Source: Chrysomallon squamiferum (Eukaryota > Animalia > Mollusca). From it: DNA of 64,000 nucleotides. The stretch spans positions 15,190,001 through 15,254,000 of the forward strand of contig CM022679.1 of NCBI GenBank assembly GCA_012295275.1, written 5' to 3'. The notes beneath the pieces were generated by a model. That model had not been told where the DNA came from, did no database searches, and saw only the letters and a list, made by a program, of their open reading frames with translations. The stretch's first letter is position 1. Every line of letters begins with the position of its first letter. Below, one piece after another: positions 38,797-54,404 of this stretch. A program made the translations under genes and the position numbers.

Positions 38797-39936
38797 CACA
38801 GATCACATGGCATACATTACTGCTTCCACAGACTGGCATAATAAATCTGCTAAATGTATTTATTTATTTTATTATTTTTTTTACAAATTTTGATTATCTA
38901 TAACAAAGGACTATTTATAAACTGTATTTTTTTTCTTTTATATTTAACAACTAAATAGTTAAAATAATAATAATAACAACAAAAACAACAATTTTAATTT
39001 TTAAGGAAAATGGAGGCATTGCTTAGTTGCATACTTTACTACAAAGAAAAGAATATGAAATTACTCAAAGGTTTTAAACAGCTCTTTAAAACATATCTGA
39101 AAAATACTAGTTATGATTAATTTTTTTATTTTAACTAAAAAAAAAAAAAAAAAAAAAAAACAGAAGAAGAAGAAGAAGAAATAATAATAAACATGAAATC
39201 AGCGCATTAATATTGTTTTTCGCGAACCATCTTGAGAACAAGTTCCAGAGTTTTGCTACCTACAAACCTCTCCATTAACTTTTCTTATTTAACGCAACTG
39301 TTTGGGCCAGTTCATTTCAGACTGCATTTAAATTAAATGTTTGAGAAACGTAAAATAAAAAGAATAACCTAGGCCAAACAAATAAATAAAACTACCAGTT
39401 TATTTCTCAGCTTTTGTCAAACAGGATATGAGTGCGCTCGTCAATTCCGACTTCCACGCAGACGCAGGTGTCCAGTTCTCAGTGAACAAACAATAGCTGA
39501 TAAAGAATTGGGATTTGCAGAACACTTCTTCACACAACCAGTGCCCTGTCTTTTAAATCTTTATTTGTTATTGTGTTTGAAGAGTCAGACAATCATCCAG
39601 TTGTGGTTATAATCATTCAGCATTATTCGAATGAATTTTTCTTTATTATTATGATTATTGTTATTGTTGTTGTTGTTGTTGTTACTGGGTAATTCGTTTA
39701 GGTTATTTGGTTACAGTCATTTTAAATAAATAAATAAAACAAATGACTGACATTTTTCCGTTTGCTAAAAGTTACTATATATCTAAAGTTTTAATTGGTT
39801 TGATTTTTCTTAAGAGATTTAGTACAATTTTCATCAGTACACCAAAGCAAACAATATCGAAAACATTCAAATGTCATTAGAAACAATACATGAAGTTCTT
39901 TCTAGGACGGAAGTATTGTAATAACTTAGTTTAGTG

Positions 39937-39937
<1 letters not shown>

Positions 39938-40004
<67 letters not shown>
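39938..40004. repeat. (ATT)n microsatellite
   Basis: Directly visible; similar tracts at ~12260, 14606 and 34857. Confidence 0.95.
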
Positions 40005-40005
<1 letters not shown>

Positions 40006-40899
40006 GATTTATAATGTCAGTCGTTTGAGTTAAAAAAAGTAAAAAAGGAACTAAATTTTTAAAAAAGTTAAAAAATAAAATGAAATAAAATATAATAAAA
40101 ATAAAAATAAAATATAAAACATGAAATCAAAAGTAGCTATGGACAGCGATTTGCAAACATTTCCTGTATTTGTCATCGATTTGTCTCTTGTTAAGATGGA
40201 ATCATAACGTAATAAAATAAAGATAAGTGGTTTAGTTAGAAAGGTATATGCTTTGAAAGCAGTTATTTGTGAAAATAATTCTTATTCATGTTTCACTTGC
40301 ACTAATCTTTGTAAAGTGATACCAGGACACTGGATACATACATATTTTAACAACCTTGCATTCGACTCCGTTTGCCCTTTACGGCAGAAACCGATTAGAC
40401 GCGATGATTTCCGAACAGCTATGGCGGTATAGCATGTTGTCGTCACACACAATTTAATCAGAAATTTACGCTCGACTTAGTTTTGTATTTTGAGGGTTAC
40501 CTTAATAGCTTCTTGGTACATATTTAATGAATTTCACTTGTGAGAATAGTAAGCTATGGTGTTGTCAGCTTGACTATTCATAAAAAGAATTCCATGTTTT
40601 CTCTAGAAATGTCCTTTGATGATGTCGCATCGATTTCTTTTGATAACTGTCGCAGATAAATGGGTCTTATGAACTATGGTGTGATATTTCACCAATGCAT
40701 TTGTGTGCGAAATAATAAATCAATTATTTTATTTTAATGGGTTGTTTATTTTTGTTGGCATGTTTATTATTTAGTTTAAATTGTGGACTGACTTCATTCA
40801 TTCGTACCCCTTAGGAGGCGCAGTCTGTACCTTTACGCTGCACTGTATTCCCGTTTGGTACGTCAGCAGGGTTCTTTCCTTTTTGTTGATTGAAATGTG

Positions 40900-41026
40900 T
40901 TTTCTGACTGCAGTAAGTGCATATAAAAGACCCCATGTAATACCTGCATACGACAAATAACCTGGGGAGTCGTAACAATGAGTTTCCCCTTCCGATGAAT
41001 TATTAAAGAAACCCAGTAATCAACGT

Positions 41027-41065
<39 letters not shown>
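40900..41065 (+). mobile_element. Decayed SINE body/tail, Meta-domain-like
   Basis: gtgcatataaaagacccc...gagtttcccct followed by an (AAT)n tail. It resembles, from memory, the central domain of molluscan MetaSINEs; no search was run. Confidence 0.4.
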
Positions 41066-41593
41066 CAACATCATCATCATCATAATACTCATTTGTTCCA
41101 CTATAACTCTGCTAGTAAATAGAACTGTGATTTGCTCTAGTTATAAAAGAAAATGCTGTGTTCAAATCTATATACTGAATCTTTAAATAACAAAACAGTC
41201 CATGCTAAATCTTTGACTGATGGTTCTGCTTAAGACTACTTCTAATGTTAATATAAAATGACAGAAACTGCCAACACACCATTATAATTAGTTAACATTA
41301 AATCCAAGGAAATGATGCAGGTTCTTAGTAAAAAGGGATTAGTGTGTGTATGTGTGTATATGCTAGATGAAAGCTTAGTGACACAACTATGACATGATGA
41401 CCAAATGACCTGCACTCCTCAGTCTGTACACCACAAATGATTGTTTATTAAAGGTTTGTTATTGTTGACTCAGTAATACAGAATGTTTCAAGAAGATACA
41501 AATTTCAATTAAAACAAATATACGAGTGAATTGGCATAGGAGTCCCACTGAAACAATTGATTTGCTTATAGCACATGATTGCATCTTTGATTC

Positions 41594-41625
<32 letters not shown>

Positions 41626-42146
41626 GTCCATTATCGATTTTATTGCAGATCTTTTTTTTCTGATTTCATCTGTTTTACAGTAACTAATGAAGTAAATGCT
41701 CAGTAATCTTTACTTGTACATATTTAATATACTTCTCATTTGATGTTGTCAATTTTCTGAACACATCTTTCTGAATCAATATTTTTCACCATGTATTTAT
41801 TCACTAACTATTAACACAGTAATCCTTGTACATCTTTTCATTTTCTGCAGTGGTACAGGTACAAAGAAATGACATTTAATATTTAAAATAGGTATGTCTG
41901 AATTTTGGGTATTGACCTGTTCTGTAAAATAGATATCAAAAGTTATTTTATGAAAGTATGCAATTTTCTGTTTTTATCTGTTTTAATATACAAAACAGGA
42001 TAGCCAATCAAAGATTATTTTTAAATTATATCATGAATAAATTTCTTTTCAAACATACAGATTGGTTTTTTAGGTTGTTTTTTTTTAATGTAATTTTACT
42101 CCAAATACACTCATTCACACATACAAAAACAGTCAAATTGTTCTTG

Positions 42147-42328
42147 TCTTTCTCTGCAGAGTTTATTGCAAAAAAAAAGTGTTTACAATTTGTGGTCTAG
42201 GTTTGTTTGATCAACAAATATTATCACTTATTTAGATGGCCATTGTCTACTAGATTTAGTACACATTAACCCATAATCCATAGAAATGCATAAAGAGAGG
42301 AAATTCTGGAGCTGCTGAGAGGCTTACC
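42147..42328 (+). repeat. Dispersed direct repeat, copy A (partner at 54405-54589)
   Basis: 59-nt core caatttgtggtctaggtttgtWtgatcaacaaatattatcacttatttagatggccatt with a single mismatch between copies; flanks alignable but more diverged. Confidence 0.9.
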
Positions 42329-43809
42329 ATTTTATTACAGTTAATAAAAGTAGTAAAATAAAATAAAACAAAGCAAAAAGACAAAAGAAAAAGAAAATAA
42401 TAAAATAAAATAATAAAGAAAAACCCCAGAAGAGGAATATAAACAGGACTTGTTAATATTTGTGCAATTGCTCAAGGCATTTTGTCACTTTTTCATCTTC
42501 TTGTTAGACTGAGATAACATGTCAAATAAAACAAAGCAACAAAATTACTTCTGACATCTGACAAATAAAAACAGATATGTTTGGAGATTTGTGGATAATT
42601 TCAAAGAATAACAAATGTAAATTGGTTTGACATATCTTTTACTTAGATTTAGACTGACCTTTTAATGAATGAAATAAGAACAATCTGCTGCTCTTGGGAG
42701 TCTTGTGATGTAAATTTATTAAAATAAATTAATAAAGTAAACACAACTATCTAAACAAAATACATATTTTCAAAACTGATTAATATTGTGTAAATATAAA
42801 GACAAACAAAGAGACAGACAGGTGCAGAGAAAGTAGATGGCAAATCATTTTCAAATTCCATTTAAATACCTAAATCACTCAAATTTTTTTTTTTTTTTAT
42901 AAGAATTAATTAAATACAATCTTTATATCTAAAAATAAGCATCTAATCTTATATATAGGCCTCAGGAAAACTAAACGAATAAATTAAGTAGTTTGTCTTA
43001 CTGCTGTGATATTTATTGTTTTGTGGGCTTGTTAGATTCAAATTTATGTTGGCACAAACAATGTTAAAGTTTTCAACCCACTTTGAAGAGATGTGTTCCC
43101 TGCATACTTTTACTAATTGCCACCAGTGACACAGCATGGGTTGTTAGTGCCACAGCAAGGCAAGCACTGGGACCCTAATGTGATTTGTTTAATTTTTAGT
43201 GATTATGTAATTGCAGCTTTTATTATTGTTATTTTTATAAATGTATTTATTCTTCATAGAATAAATGAGTTTTAGTCCTACTATTCCATTATACAGATAC
43301 CTACATTTAATCTACAATTAATCATGTTTGTATTTTTTTTAAAAAAAGAAATTATAAAAAAAAGTTTTCTAATGAAAATAAATATCTGGGCATATGAAAC
43401 AAATATAGGAGCAAAAAAAAAAAAAGTCCAGATAAATACACAAAATAATAAAAATAAATTTGGCAATTATTTAAACCTTTGATCTAATTTATCTCTACAA
43501 ATTATCTCTACAAATATGTAGAACATGTGGAAATAGTAAATTTCAAATATGAATAATGATGAAATGAATACATTATGTATGCTCTATACTTAACAATTTC
43601 TTTTTTTTATGATTATTCAATATTTATTCATACAACCTTGATAGTCAGTGCTTACTGACTACATAAAATTCTGTTTCACAAAATAATATTGTTTCTCATG
43701 TAAAGCATTCATTCCTCAATCAGTTCTTTTCTCACATTTCATGATCCTTAAATGCTTTTGTTTAGCATAGCTAGATTATCAGTTACAACAATCAATAACA
43801 AAATTTTTC

Positions 43810-44085
43810 AAAAATATCAGTTTGGTTTAATGTAACACCCCCAAATTTTTTTTACAGATATACAAATTAAAAAAAATAAAATATATAGAGCAAACCAATA
43901 AAAAAAAATCAGTTTGGGTTTAACATAACATCTAAAATATTAAAACATTTACAGATATAAATTTGTTTTTAAATAAAATATATACAGCAAACATTTAATA
44001 AAAATTAGTTTTGGATTAACATGACACCTCAAAAAATTAAAACATTTACAGATATAAATTTTTTTTAAATTGAACATATAGTAAA
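43810..44085. repeat. Tandem repeat, ~95-100-bp unit, ~3 copies
   Basis: cagtttgg.tttaac.t.acac...aaaacatttacagatataaatt...ataaaatatata.agcaaac repeated three times. Confidence 0.8.
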
Positions 44086-45492
44086 TAAAATAATTTCAAC
44101 TAAGTAACATTTCCAGTACATATAATCTGATTTGAAAGGATTTGACATACTAGTGAATTTGACCGCAGATTACAAAGTTGACAAGTGTAAGGAGACCAAC
44201 CAGCGGAGGTCTGGCCTGTACCACTGTGATGTAAACAGGAACTGGAGAAGAAGCAATCTCAAGAAAGCTCTTGATCTTTTTGTATTTTTAAACTGCAGGT
44301 CAGACTGCCCCAGATTTGAAATGTAATAGAAATTTTCTCTGTACATGTCATATGGTTCCTCAAATGAAAATAAATAAGAGGGTACGTTGGCCTCTTAAAT
44401 CACTGATCAGACTGTATAATGTCAAAGTTAACTCTGGATGGAGCAATTTATCTTGAGAGTTTTTGATATTACGATATTAATGTCACTGCTCACAGATTTA
44501 TTTATTGCAGCTTCGCATTAAACTTTAAGACCTGTGTTAAAAATATTATTTAAAATATTACAAAACTGTTTTTTCCAAGCCAGAATATGGAGTACATTAT
44601 TTAATGCTTATCGTATGTCTCAAGAAGTGAGCTTGGGAATATAATACATATAATTGTCTGAAAAGCAACATTTGCACATTATAATATTTAGTTTAAATAA
44701 AAAAGGTTAATAGACATTCAAGAAATAATCTTGTAACTCAAGAACAGGATTTGAAAATCAGTAACATTTTATTCTTGTCCTTTGTTCAGATATGAATAAC
44801 CTTTTAGAATGAATTAACTGTCTTGCTTACCAACAACTGATTGTAACAACATACATTACCATACAAATCATACCAGGTACCCTGACAAAAAAAAAAAAAA
44901 AAAGCAGAGAAAAATGTGAGTCTACATTCATATGCAAATTTTTGAAGTAATACAACAAGCCAGGGAGCAATGAATAAGTATTAAATGCATCTCATATAAA
45001 CACATGAACTCAAGTTGTATTAAATAAATTGAAAGTCTACATCATTGTTGTGTAAAGAATGAGAACAATGTAAAGAAACAACAAAAAAAGAATTTGATTT
45101 ATGTTCTTTTTATAGTGTTACATCTTCTCTGCAGACCTTTTTTAATGAAATTTTCCCATTATATTTAGATGTATTTTAAAATTTTCTTTGATTTACTGTT
45201 CCACTGATAGATGTTCTTTCTATGTGGTTAAGGAGATAAAGTTTTTAAAACAAACAAAAAACCTAATAAGTTAAAAATAAAAGAAAGAAATGTTGTTTTT
45301 TTCGTTTTTTTTCAGTTTTTGACTTTAAAATTTATTCTACCAAGCTGAATTTCCCCCACCAGTTGTAAAATATATTCTTACTTTCTGACATCCAAACACA
45401 AATGCAGAATGAACAGAACTTGATAATGTTTCTCTTAGATGAATCTCCACACCAGATACTTGAAACTAGGATGGCTAAAAACAGATCATGTG

Positions 45493-45536
<44 letters not shown>

Positions 45537-48500
45537 TTGGTTAACTTTTTTCAGTTGATTAAACTAAATAACTTTAATTTTCAACAAACAAAAAAAAAAA
45601 AAAAAAGGGATAAAAAAGAAAGAAAATATACAGTCTGAAAAGTAGTTTAAAAGAAAAACAAAAATGGAAGTGGAAGAAAAAGAAGAAACATTTGTTATTA
45701 ATGTTATCATACTATCCAACAACTGAACAGATTGTTTGCATATGCCCATAAAACATAATAATTCATTTTATGTGAGTTTAACATGTCAGTAACCAATAAA
45801 CGTGTCTGCTTTTTTTTATATTATAAATAATATGTGTGTGTCTGTGTGTGTATGTATGTGTGTGTATATGTATGTGTGCGTATGTATGTGTGTGTGCATG
45901 TGTGTGTGTGTGTGTGTGTGTGTCTGTATACGTGTGTACACATGTATTTTATAATATGTACTAAAAGTGATAAAAAAAAGTCAGACTAACCACATACACT
46001 AGCACAGTGAAAGGTTATCTGAAGACAGCATCAAAACTAATCTGTGTCACATGGGAGGGAATGGACACCTGTTTCTATTTAAATGACAATTGGCTGTGGG
46101 CACACTGCAGGTTATAGGTAACATGTGTCAATATTATCATGAACTGCACATCTTGTTACAACCTACTAGCAAAAAAAACAAGCAAACAAACAAACAAAAC
46201 AAAAAAAAACAGAAAAAAGAAAAGAATATCATTTGTATATTCAGCCAATTTAAAACAGTAAGGAATGAATTATTTCTAACTTTATGATTTTATTGGCTTA
46301 TTGCTCATACTGTAATTAATATTTTAAGAAAGCTAATGTTAATGGTTTGTTAATATTTTAAGTTTGTTTTTTGACCAAATGGTGCAATTTATAATATAAT
46401 CTTCTGAAAGAATGTTGTAGAAATAATCCATCAAGAAAAAAATATTTAAAAATTGACAACAGCACCAAAAAAACAAAAAAACAAAAACAAAATACATATC
46501 AATAATAACAACTAAATAAAAAATATAAGAAATGAAAATGTTTTTGTTTCTTTTCTCCCCACTTGTATAATGTTACTTTAATAACACCTTCACCCCTTTT
46601 AGGTCTTTTCTAGAACAGTCTGCACTCGAAGGTTATACTGAAATAGTAGCTGGCACTGTGCCACATGTATACTAGCGTGCCTCTTGATAATCTCTCCTTA
46701 ACCATGTGATATGAGGTCTTACAACAGATTTCTATAGGTCCTTTCTAACAAGTAGTTATGATAAAAATAAACACACACAATTAGTATTTTGCTTTTTTTC
46801 TTGTTTATCAGTCTTAATTTATCCTAAGCCAGTAAATAATACTTTCTGATTTAAACTTGTTTAAATGCAGACAAGCTCTATTAAATTACTTACACCAATA
46901 ATGTAATAATCATTTTCATATTTTCAACATTTGTTTGTAAACTGGTGTGGATAAATAATAATTATAACTGTATGTGTGTTTTGTTTCCCCTCTTCCTTTA
47001 ACAACAACAAATTGTATGGAGTTCTACCACTGAGCAAAGCAATCCTTTACATGTAGCCACAAATAACTCCAGACATTGCAGTCATATTGTCAGAGTGACC
47101 TCAGCCATCTATTATGCAGTGAATACAAAAACATAACCCAAACAGCAAATGGTGGTGTCAGGCAGACCTTACAAAAACATTGTACAGGGGCTGTACAAGA
47201 TGGGGAAGCAATTCAAAAGAAGCAGGTGTTTGTTGTGTAGGTCCACGACAGAATAGGCTTGAGTGGCTAAAATAATAAACTTGTAAACAGATACAAAAAA
47301 AAAAGGATAAAACTAAAAAAAAAAAAAAAAAAAAAAAAAATGAAATAAATGAAATAAAAAATAAACATTAAATTTGTTTTGAAAATAAAATTTAAATCTG
47401 GTGTGTAACACTTAAAAGATAATACTAGTTTTTTGAGAGAGTGTATAAGTTTGAATGCATTAACCTTAGGCTTTTCAAAAATGATCCTTCAATTTTTTTT
47501 TTCTAGTTTTTTTTTTGTTATGGTTACAAGTAACACAGTAACAGTTGTCTGGCATTTTCAAGTACTCTTCAACTATCTGACAGTTTTCTAATTAGGGAAG
47601 GAGGGATTTGAATCACTGGTTGTCCAATAAATTAAATGTACAGCCAATAGCTGTCAAACATACACAATTCAATTCAGTTTGATATGGAAATTAAAAAAGC
47701 ATATTCTACTTCACTGATTGTCTTTTTATATCAACCCATGTAGTGTCCAAGTCAAATATTTGTTATAAAATACATGCTATTCTGGGCACAATACTTTTTA
47801 AAAGTCCCTGCACTGCTAATCAAATAGGTTTTGTTTACCTAATTTTTTTTTTTTTCTATTTACATTTAAAGTCTTTGTGTTCAACACACATGGTTAAAAA
47901 AGGGTTTATATAATTTGTAAATTACTGACAATTAAAGATATAAACAATACTCATTAATCAAAAGAAATAAGCCTTTCGGTTTTTGTTATAGTAATCAGTT
48001 TTCAAATTTAAATTTCATTTTGTTGTTTACCAATTTAGTTTTACCTTAATTTCTTTTATTTATGTTGTATCAGAATATTTACTGTAAAAATAAAAATAAA
48101 TACATTTTTAATAAGCAAATAAATTGAAAAAAATAACAATAATAAAATAACATTGTTTAACAAATTAATGAAATCACAACAAGAAACAAAAAACAATTTA
48201 TTAGTGAAAATACAAAATGCCAAAATTATATGTCATCAGTCACAAATGGATAAATTGTCATCATAATCATCATCAGTGCCATTATTAAAAACATCTGACC
48301 CCAGTTTTTCTCTGGTTAGATTATCAGAAGAAATCAAACCCAGCCTAAACATATCCACAACCACTTTCATTTTGATACAAGCGTACCAAACAAACACATG
48401 CTGAATGTAACATGCGCAACTGCTATTAACTATCTTGTAAACTGAACTGAACAGTTCTGTACACAAGATAGGAAAAACAAGACAAGCTGTTTATTTGGCA

Positions 48501-50805
48501 ACATTTCCATGCAGTTAAACCATATATCAGTGTAAGCTTGTATCACCTGCTGCATTCAATCCCAGGTTCATTATCCACTGACTACATTAAAACCAGTAAA
48601 ATCGGCATTAAAATGCGTGGCTTTTTTTCCTACTGCAGAAAGTCTCCGACATTAACATGTGATAAAACATTTTCATTTCATGTTGAATTCAGCAAGTGTT
48701 TTTTCTCCAGGATGAACTAATTCTGGTGGAAAGGTCTTTATCTCCATTAAGTGAGGCATTTTAGTACATAAAAGTTGTAATTTCAAAACAGGTGAACAGG
48801 GCCGGTCCTGGAGCTATTGGAATCACAAACATCAGCACCCTGCTTACAAGTGCCGAGTTGTCTTCTTGTATTGTTTTTCACATCTGCATCACCACAGCCA
48901 AAATAATAAATAACTGGGTTTGGGTTATTTCATTTTATTTATTATTTTAATATTTTCCACACTGTATTTGGAAGATCTTGAATACATTATGTGGCAACCG
49001 TACCTAGAATGTATGTTTGCAGTTCCAGTAGACTGTGGCTATTTAACTAATAAAAAAAGTTATAATAATAACAATGTACACATATTTTAATATTATACTG
49101 TAGGAAAAACATTGTGGCTGCATTTATATATGCATTTCTCAAACTTATATTTCTGAATGGAAAACAACATTTCATTTGAACAACTAAATTAATGCACCTG
49201 TAGAGGGAGTATTTTACAAATCATAAATTTTGTTTCCTTAATTCTACATATATTTTAAATTTGGTTTCAATATATTAATAACTTATGGCTCACCTTTTGA
49301 GTTTCACTAAACTTGTCTGAAGAACACAATCTTTAAAGACTCTAGCTATAAGCAGACTATGACAATTTTATGTCTGAAAAATACATGCCACACAAGCTCC
49401 ATTTAAAACGTTTATTATTATTTTTTTTTAAGTTACTTATAATAAACTGTATTAGTAAGTTGCATCCTGCTGAAAATTCATTTATTTAAATAATTAATTA
49501 TTTTGATTAGTTATAATTAGCTTTTATCATAAAAAGTCTCAACAGAAAACAAAATCAGTATAATTTGTTGTTTTTTTGTTTTTGTTTTTTTTTTTAACTC
49601 ATAACATGAGAATCAAAATAAGTCAAGGTCAGATACAGGCCGTTAACCACAAGCATGGTTTAAAAATATTTCTGTTTTATTATCCATGACCAGTGGTACA
49701 GCCACTTCTTTTGTTGACATGTGGAGTTTAGCCAATTGTCAGGTTTATTTTCATACAATCGAGGTCGATGGCTAACATCCAAAGTATTGCTCAATACTGC
49801 TTTTGTTTAACACTTAAGATTAAGGAAATGGGGCAGTAGTTGGTGTTCATATACATGTGTAAGTGTAACAAACCTTTTACATAATGCACACATCTAACAA
49901 AACTAACCCTCTCTCTCAAAATCACATCTCTAATTACAATAAATGTAACTGAAAGCCAACACAAATCAAGAGATTTTAAAAAAAAAAAAAAAAATCAGAT
50001 ACAGGGCAAGTCATAAATAGTTAATTTAGAAATAAAAATAATAATTTAAAATGGAAATGACATCATTATGTGATTTAAAAAAAAAAAAAATAGAAGCATC
50101 AATAATAAATAAAAAATAAATCAGACTTTTAAATGGAGGTTTTTTTCTTCAGATTTATGAAAATAACAATTCAACAAAATAACATAATACAATATAAAAT
50201 ATATATGAAAGCAAGATGTGTTATCATTCCTCCCATTAATTTTTTCATACATTTTTAATAACATTTTTTATTTAATTAAATTAATGTATAACAAAACATT
50301 TTGGGAAGCTAACCTACAAAAGACGTGTTAAATATTCAACATCGAACATAAGTAAACAAGATGCCCTCCTGCTGTTTAACATCTCTCATTTAAAAAAAAA
50401 AAAATTAAAAACTCAGGAAGCTATTTTTATGCCTCACTGAACTAACAGTAATATTAATAATAGTAATTAAACCTGCTTCTCAACACACATTTCTTTTTAA
50501 AAAGCTGGGTGATATCAGGGAAGATCCAGTGATTTGGGAAATCAGAGTCTCAAGGACAGCTCAACATGCAGTGTCCACTCATCAGCAAACATTGTGTCCT
50601 CCTGTTGTTTACTTTCCCAAACAATGCTAAATGTTCACTGCTTGCTGTCACTGTTCGTTCACAACTGCTAGACAAAATTTGGCTACATATCTGATGTTGC
50701 AGCTTTAATAAACTTTTTGAATGTAGCTCTGGGCATTTTCCAGTGTAAACAACATGAATTATAATAATATCTTCATTGCAAAAAAAAATTTTGTTGATGT
50801 CACTG

Positions 50806-50811
<6 letters not shown>

Positions 50812-50871
<60 letters not shown>
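50812..50871. repeat. (GA)n microsatellite
   Basis: Directly visible. Confidence 0.97.
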
Positions 50872-50874
<3 letters not shown>

Positions 50875-51659
50875 AGACTATTGTAGCTTTAATGATATAA
50901 AATAATAATAATAATAATACAAATTAATCCACACACACACACAGACACATTTTATATACATGTCTTTGTGCATTTGTAGATTTTTTTTTCAGATTTAAAA
51001 ATATATATGAGAGAGAGAGAGATATCAATGTTGTTTTTCCAGCATTGTGATTTTCATTCATATTAATAATCTGTTGCCGATTTCAGAGCATTTTGTAATA
51101 TTTAAATCCTGCATACCTGAAGAACATTGTCTCGTCTGTATTTGCAATTTACAATCTTTAAGTATAATAATCATTTTTGAAATGCTATTGTTATTTTTTA
51201 CAATAACTCCAAAACCCACAAAACATTAAAATCGCTTGACAACAAAAATAAAATAATAACAATAATAGTAATAATAAAGTAAAAAGTAAATATTTCCGAA
51301 ATTACAAAACATTTCATACAATTGACAAATTCCACAGAAATTTAAAAATTTGTTAATTTTAGTTGATACGAATGAACACGTTCAATGAAAGCTCAGTGTT
51401 GAATTTCTGTTTGTGATACAATCCATTTTCATTTTACTGCTATTAATCTGTATCTACTGTCTAGGAATAAAATTAATTTTAGGTTTATTTTTTTTATTGT
51501 TGTGTAATACATGTATGGTTTTCAGTTAATGACACTTTATGATGACATTTTCTTCTTTTTTTCTAACCAAACATTGGCAACAAATTCCACAATAAATAAA
51601 AAATTACATGTTTTTATCTTTTTGTTTAAAATTCATATTTAAACATTAATTTTCATGAT

Positions 51660-52100
51660 CAAGAAGTTTTCACCCTCTTGTGTACGAGACGAGAGATCTG
51701 CACTTTTAAAAACAAAAATGTTATTGCCCAGATGACATCCATTTTACTTTGTACTTTCGTCCATATATAGACATGGTTAGAATCATCTACACTTTCCTTT
51801 TCTCACTTCATTAATGATACTGATGTAGGTATTAGATATGATCCAGTATGTCTTTCTTACATGTTAATACCAGCATATTCTCAGAATTTGACAATATTTG
51901 TTACATTTTTAGTCTGCTTTTCTGCTAATTTCCCATGTTACTAACATTTCCAAATGTTGACTGTGCTGCCATACACCAATCCTGGTGAAGATTTCTTTTC
52001 CACTGTGCCAACATCAGACGATCATATCTTTTCTAGAACTTCAACTCACCTAATGGCACAAATCTCTTTCTTAAAATGTTTGTTCTTACCTTCATGCTTT
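51660..52100 (-). mobile_element. Decayed 3' fragment of an RTE-like non-LTR retrotransposon
   Basis: Minus-strand remnants in the expected order: VLEKI*SS, SPGLVYGSTVNIW (cf. PxLLYGSETW), KYCQILRICWY*HV (cf. CLRRILRISWxxHV), ILTMSIYGRK..KWM. Stops and frameshifts throughout. Confidence 0.55.
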
Positions 52101-54404
52101 GTTGGTTTTACTGTTTTCAAAGCAAATGTTCTTTTTCTGTCTTTTCATTAAATGCATTTGTAACAGTTTGGCAGCCGACTGATGCCAATCCACTCAGCTA
52201 GTCTTTTTTGTCATCCTTGGATGGCTGTTGGTATTTTCTTCATGATCATAATCAGGAGTTTATCAAATGGAATACTAACCTTACATTTATCAACACACAA
52301 AACTATCCATGAGATTTTTTCATGGTATTAAATTTTTTATCATAAATTTCATTTCCATGTGTTTTAGATACTGAATTATTAATATGGTCTTAGATTAACC
52401 GACAGTACATGAGAATAGACCAACCTCAAAAAAATAAAAAAAATAAAAAATATATATATATATATAAAATAAAATTTTAACTTTTACATTAAAATGAAAA
52501 TCAAATATTGAAAAAATTGTAATGTAAAAAAAAAAGAGAAAAATTCAAAAAAATAAATAATCTGGACTTAACAACTTATTGCATTTGAATGTATGTGTCC
52601 ATGTTTATAAATATATGTCTGTTCAAGACTCAAAATGACATTCAGAAATTAAAAAAGGTTGAGATTATTTAGTTTTACCAGGTTTCACCTATGAATATTA
52701 CACAGCTTTGCAGTCTGTCAGATAATCAATGTTATGTCACTGATATGTATCTAATAGTATCATAATAAAACATACCACACCATGTAATTTTACAAAAATT
52801 TAAATGAAATATAATAATGCATTCAGTTATGGACATGATGTACATAAGGATTTATTTTGTTACTGACATTAACACATGTATAAAAAAAGATGCATTTTTG
52901 AGATTATAATGTTCACGAGAAACTAAGTTTCATTATAAAGAAAAAAACACCTAATAATCAAAAAAGAATGATAGTTATGTGAAAGATGCAATCCCTTTCA
53001 TGTCTGATGTAAAAGATTCTGCTTTGTCCAGTTTTTAACATTTTTAATAGTATAATCTGATTTATTACTCAAGGATGAAATGATGGAAAAAGATAATAGA
53101 AATCTTTCCGACTTATGCAAATAAAAACTGCTAATGCATGGATTTGTTAAGACAAGTCAAGTCTAGACTTAGCTTGCACCATCTGATAACAACTAAATTA
53201 AACTTGATCAGACAACATTAGATTAGAGGTATTGGTTGAGACTGGTTAGCCCTTGCTGTGGTTATGCTATCACCACAAGTAGTGTTGGTGTGAATGTGTG
53301 TGTGACCATACACACGCTATTCAACAGTTATCATTCTCTGTTTACAAAACATTACAGTTCAAAGATCACAGTAGCTTGGCAATTATCCCAAAAGAACTAT
53401 CAACTAAGGCCAAATGTACTGAAAACTAGTCATGTTGACAATTGTCCCAAAGTAAAAAAACCAAACATTTTCTCTTTTTTTTTTTTTTTTACCAGTTGAT
53501 ATCAATTTTTAAATACAGGCAAAACAGTTGTATAGAGCACAGAATTGAAAAGGTCTGCAATACATCAGAGTTATTCATGGGTATAGAGTTGTCACACATT
53601 AGTTCACAACCATAAATACACTTTTTTACAGTTCTGTTTAAGACTTAAATGTTCATGAGTAACTAAGTGACTAAAGAGAGATTTACTGAACAACACAAGA
53701 AATGCTTTCTGTGTGCATACTTATGACAGTGGATTGAAAAAGTAAAAAAAGTAAAATAGAAACACCTAATTTTGATTATTATTAAACAGTATGAGAAGGA
53801 AAAAAAGAATGAGTGAAACTTATTACTACATGTAATGACATTTTGTGATCTCTCCGTCTACATACCTTATACATAGGAACAAAAAGATCTATTTTCTAAA
53901 TTGGTCTTCCTGGTTTTGCCTGATTTCTTTTGTAAAGAAATACAATTTCTCCAGTTAATTGTTATTAATTATATTATTTAATACAGAATTACAAGACTGG
54001 CTAAAACTATTATTTAGAAAATCACAATGTTAAAATAATATCCAAAATAAAATAAGTATAATAATTTAATTAAAAAAAAAAAAAAAAAAAAATTGGAGGA
54101 AGTACTTTAAAGAAATCCCTTTGATAATGTCAAATGGTGATCTTTGGATAATTTATTTGTAAATTAGACTCTCTAGAGATTTATGATGATGCCCATTTCT
54201 GTAAATGAGAAAGATTTATTGATAAACTTTGTTCTTAGTTCTCTTTACATATGTAACCTTTAACTAGAACAATTTAGAAAACATTTTGTAACTATAGTAA
54301 TTTCAAAGAGTAAAATATGCATAAAAAATATAATATATGTTAATTTTCTTACTCCGAATACATTCTGTGTCTATCTGCCTAACACATACACAGTGAATCC
54401 TTTT

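Noticed and set aside
44132-44326. 64-aa ORF in a GC-richer patch
   Set aside because: No ATG start, no splice signals and no recognisable motif; probably a decayed repeat.
49294-49316. 23-nt minus-strand microexon candidate (ttcttcag|…|gtgagc); similarly + strand 57305-57332 and 38244-38283
   Set aside because: Lengths are not multiples of 3, no host gene is identified, and such AG/GT pairs are expected by chance in 25 kb of AT-rich DNA.
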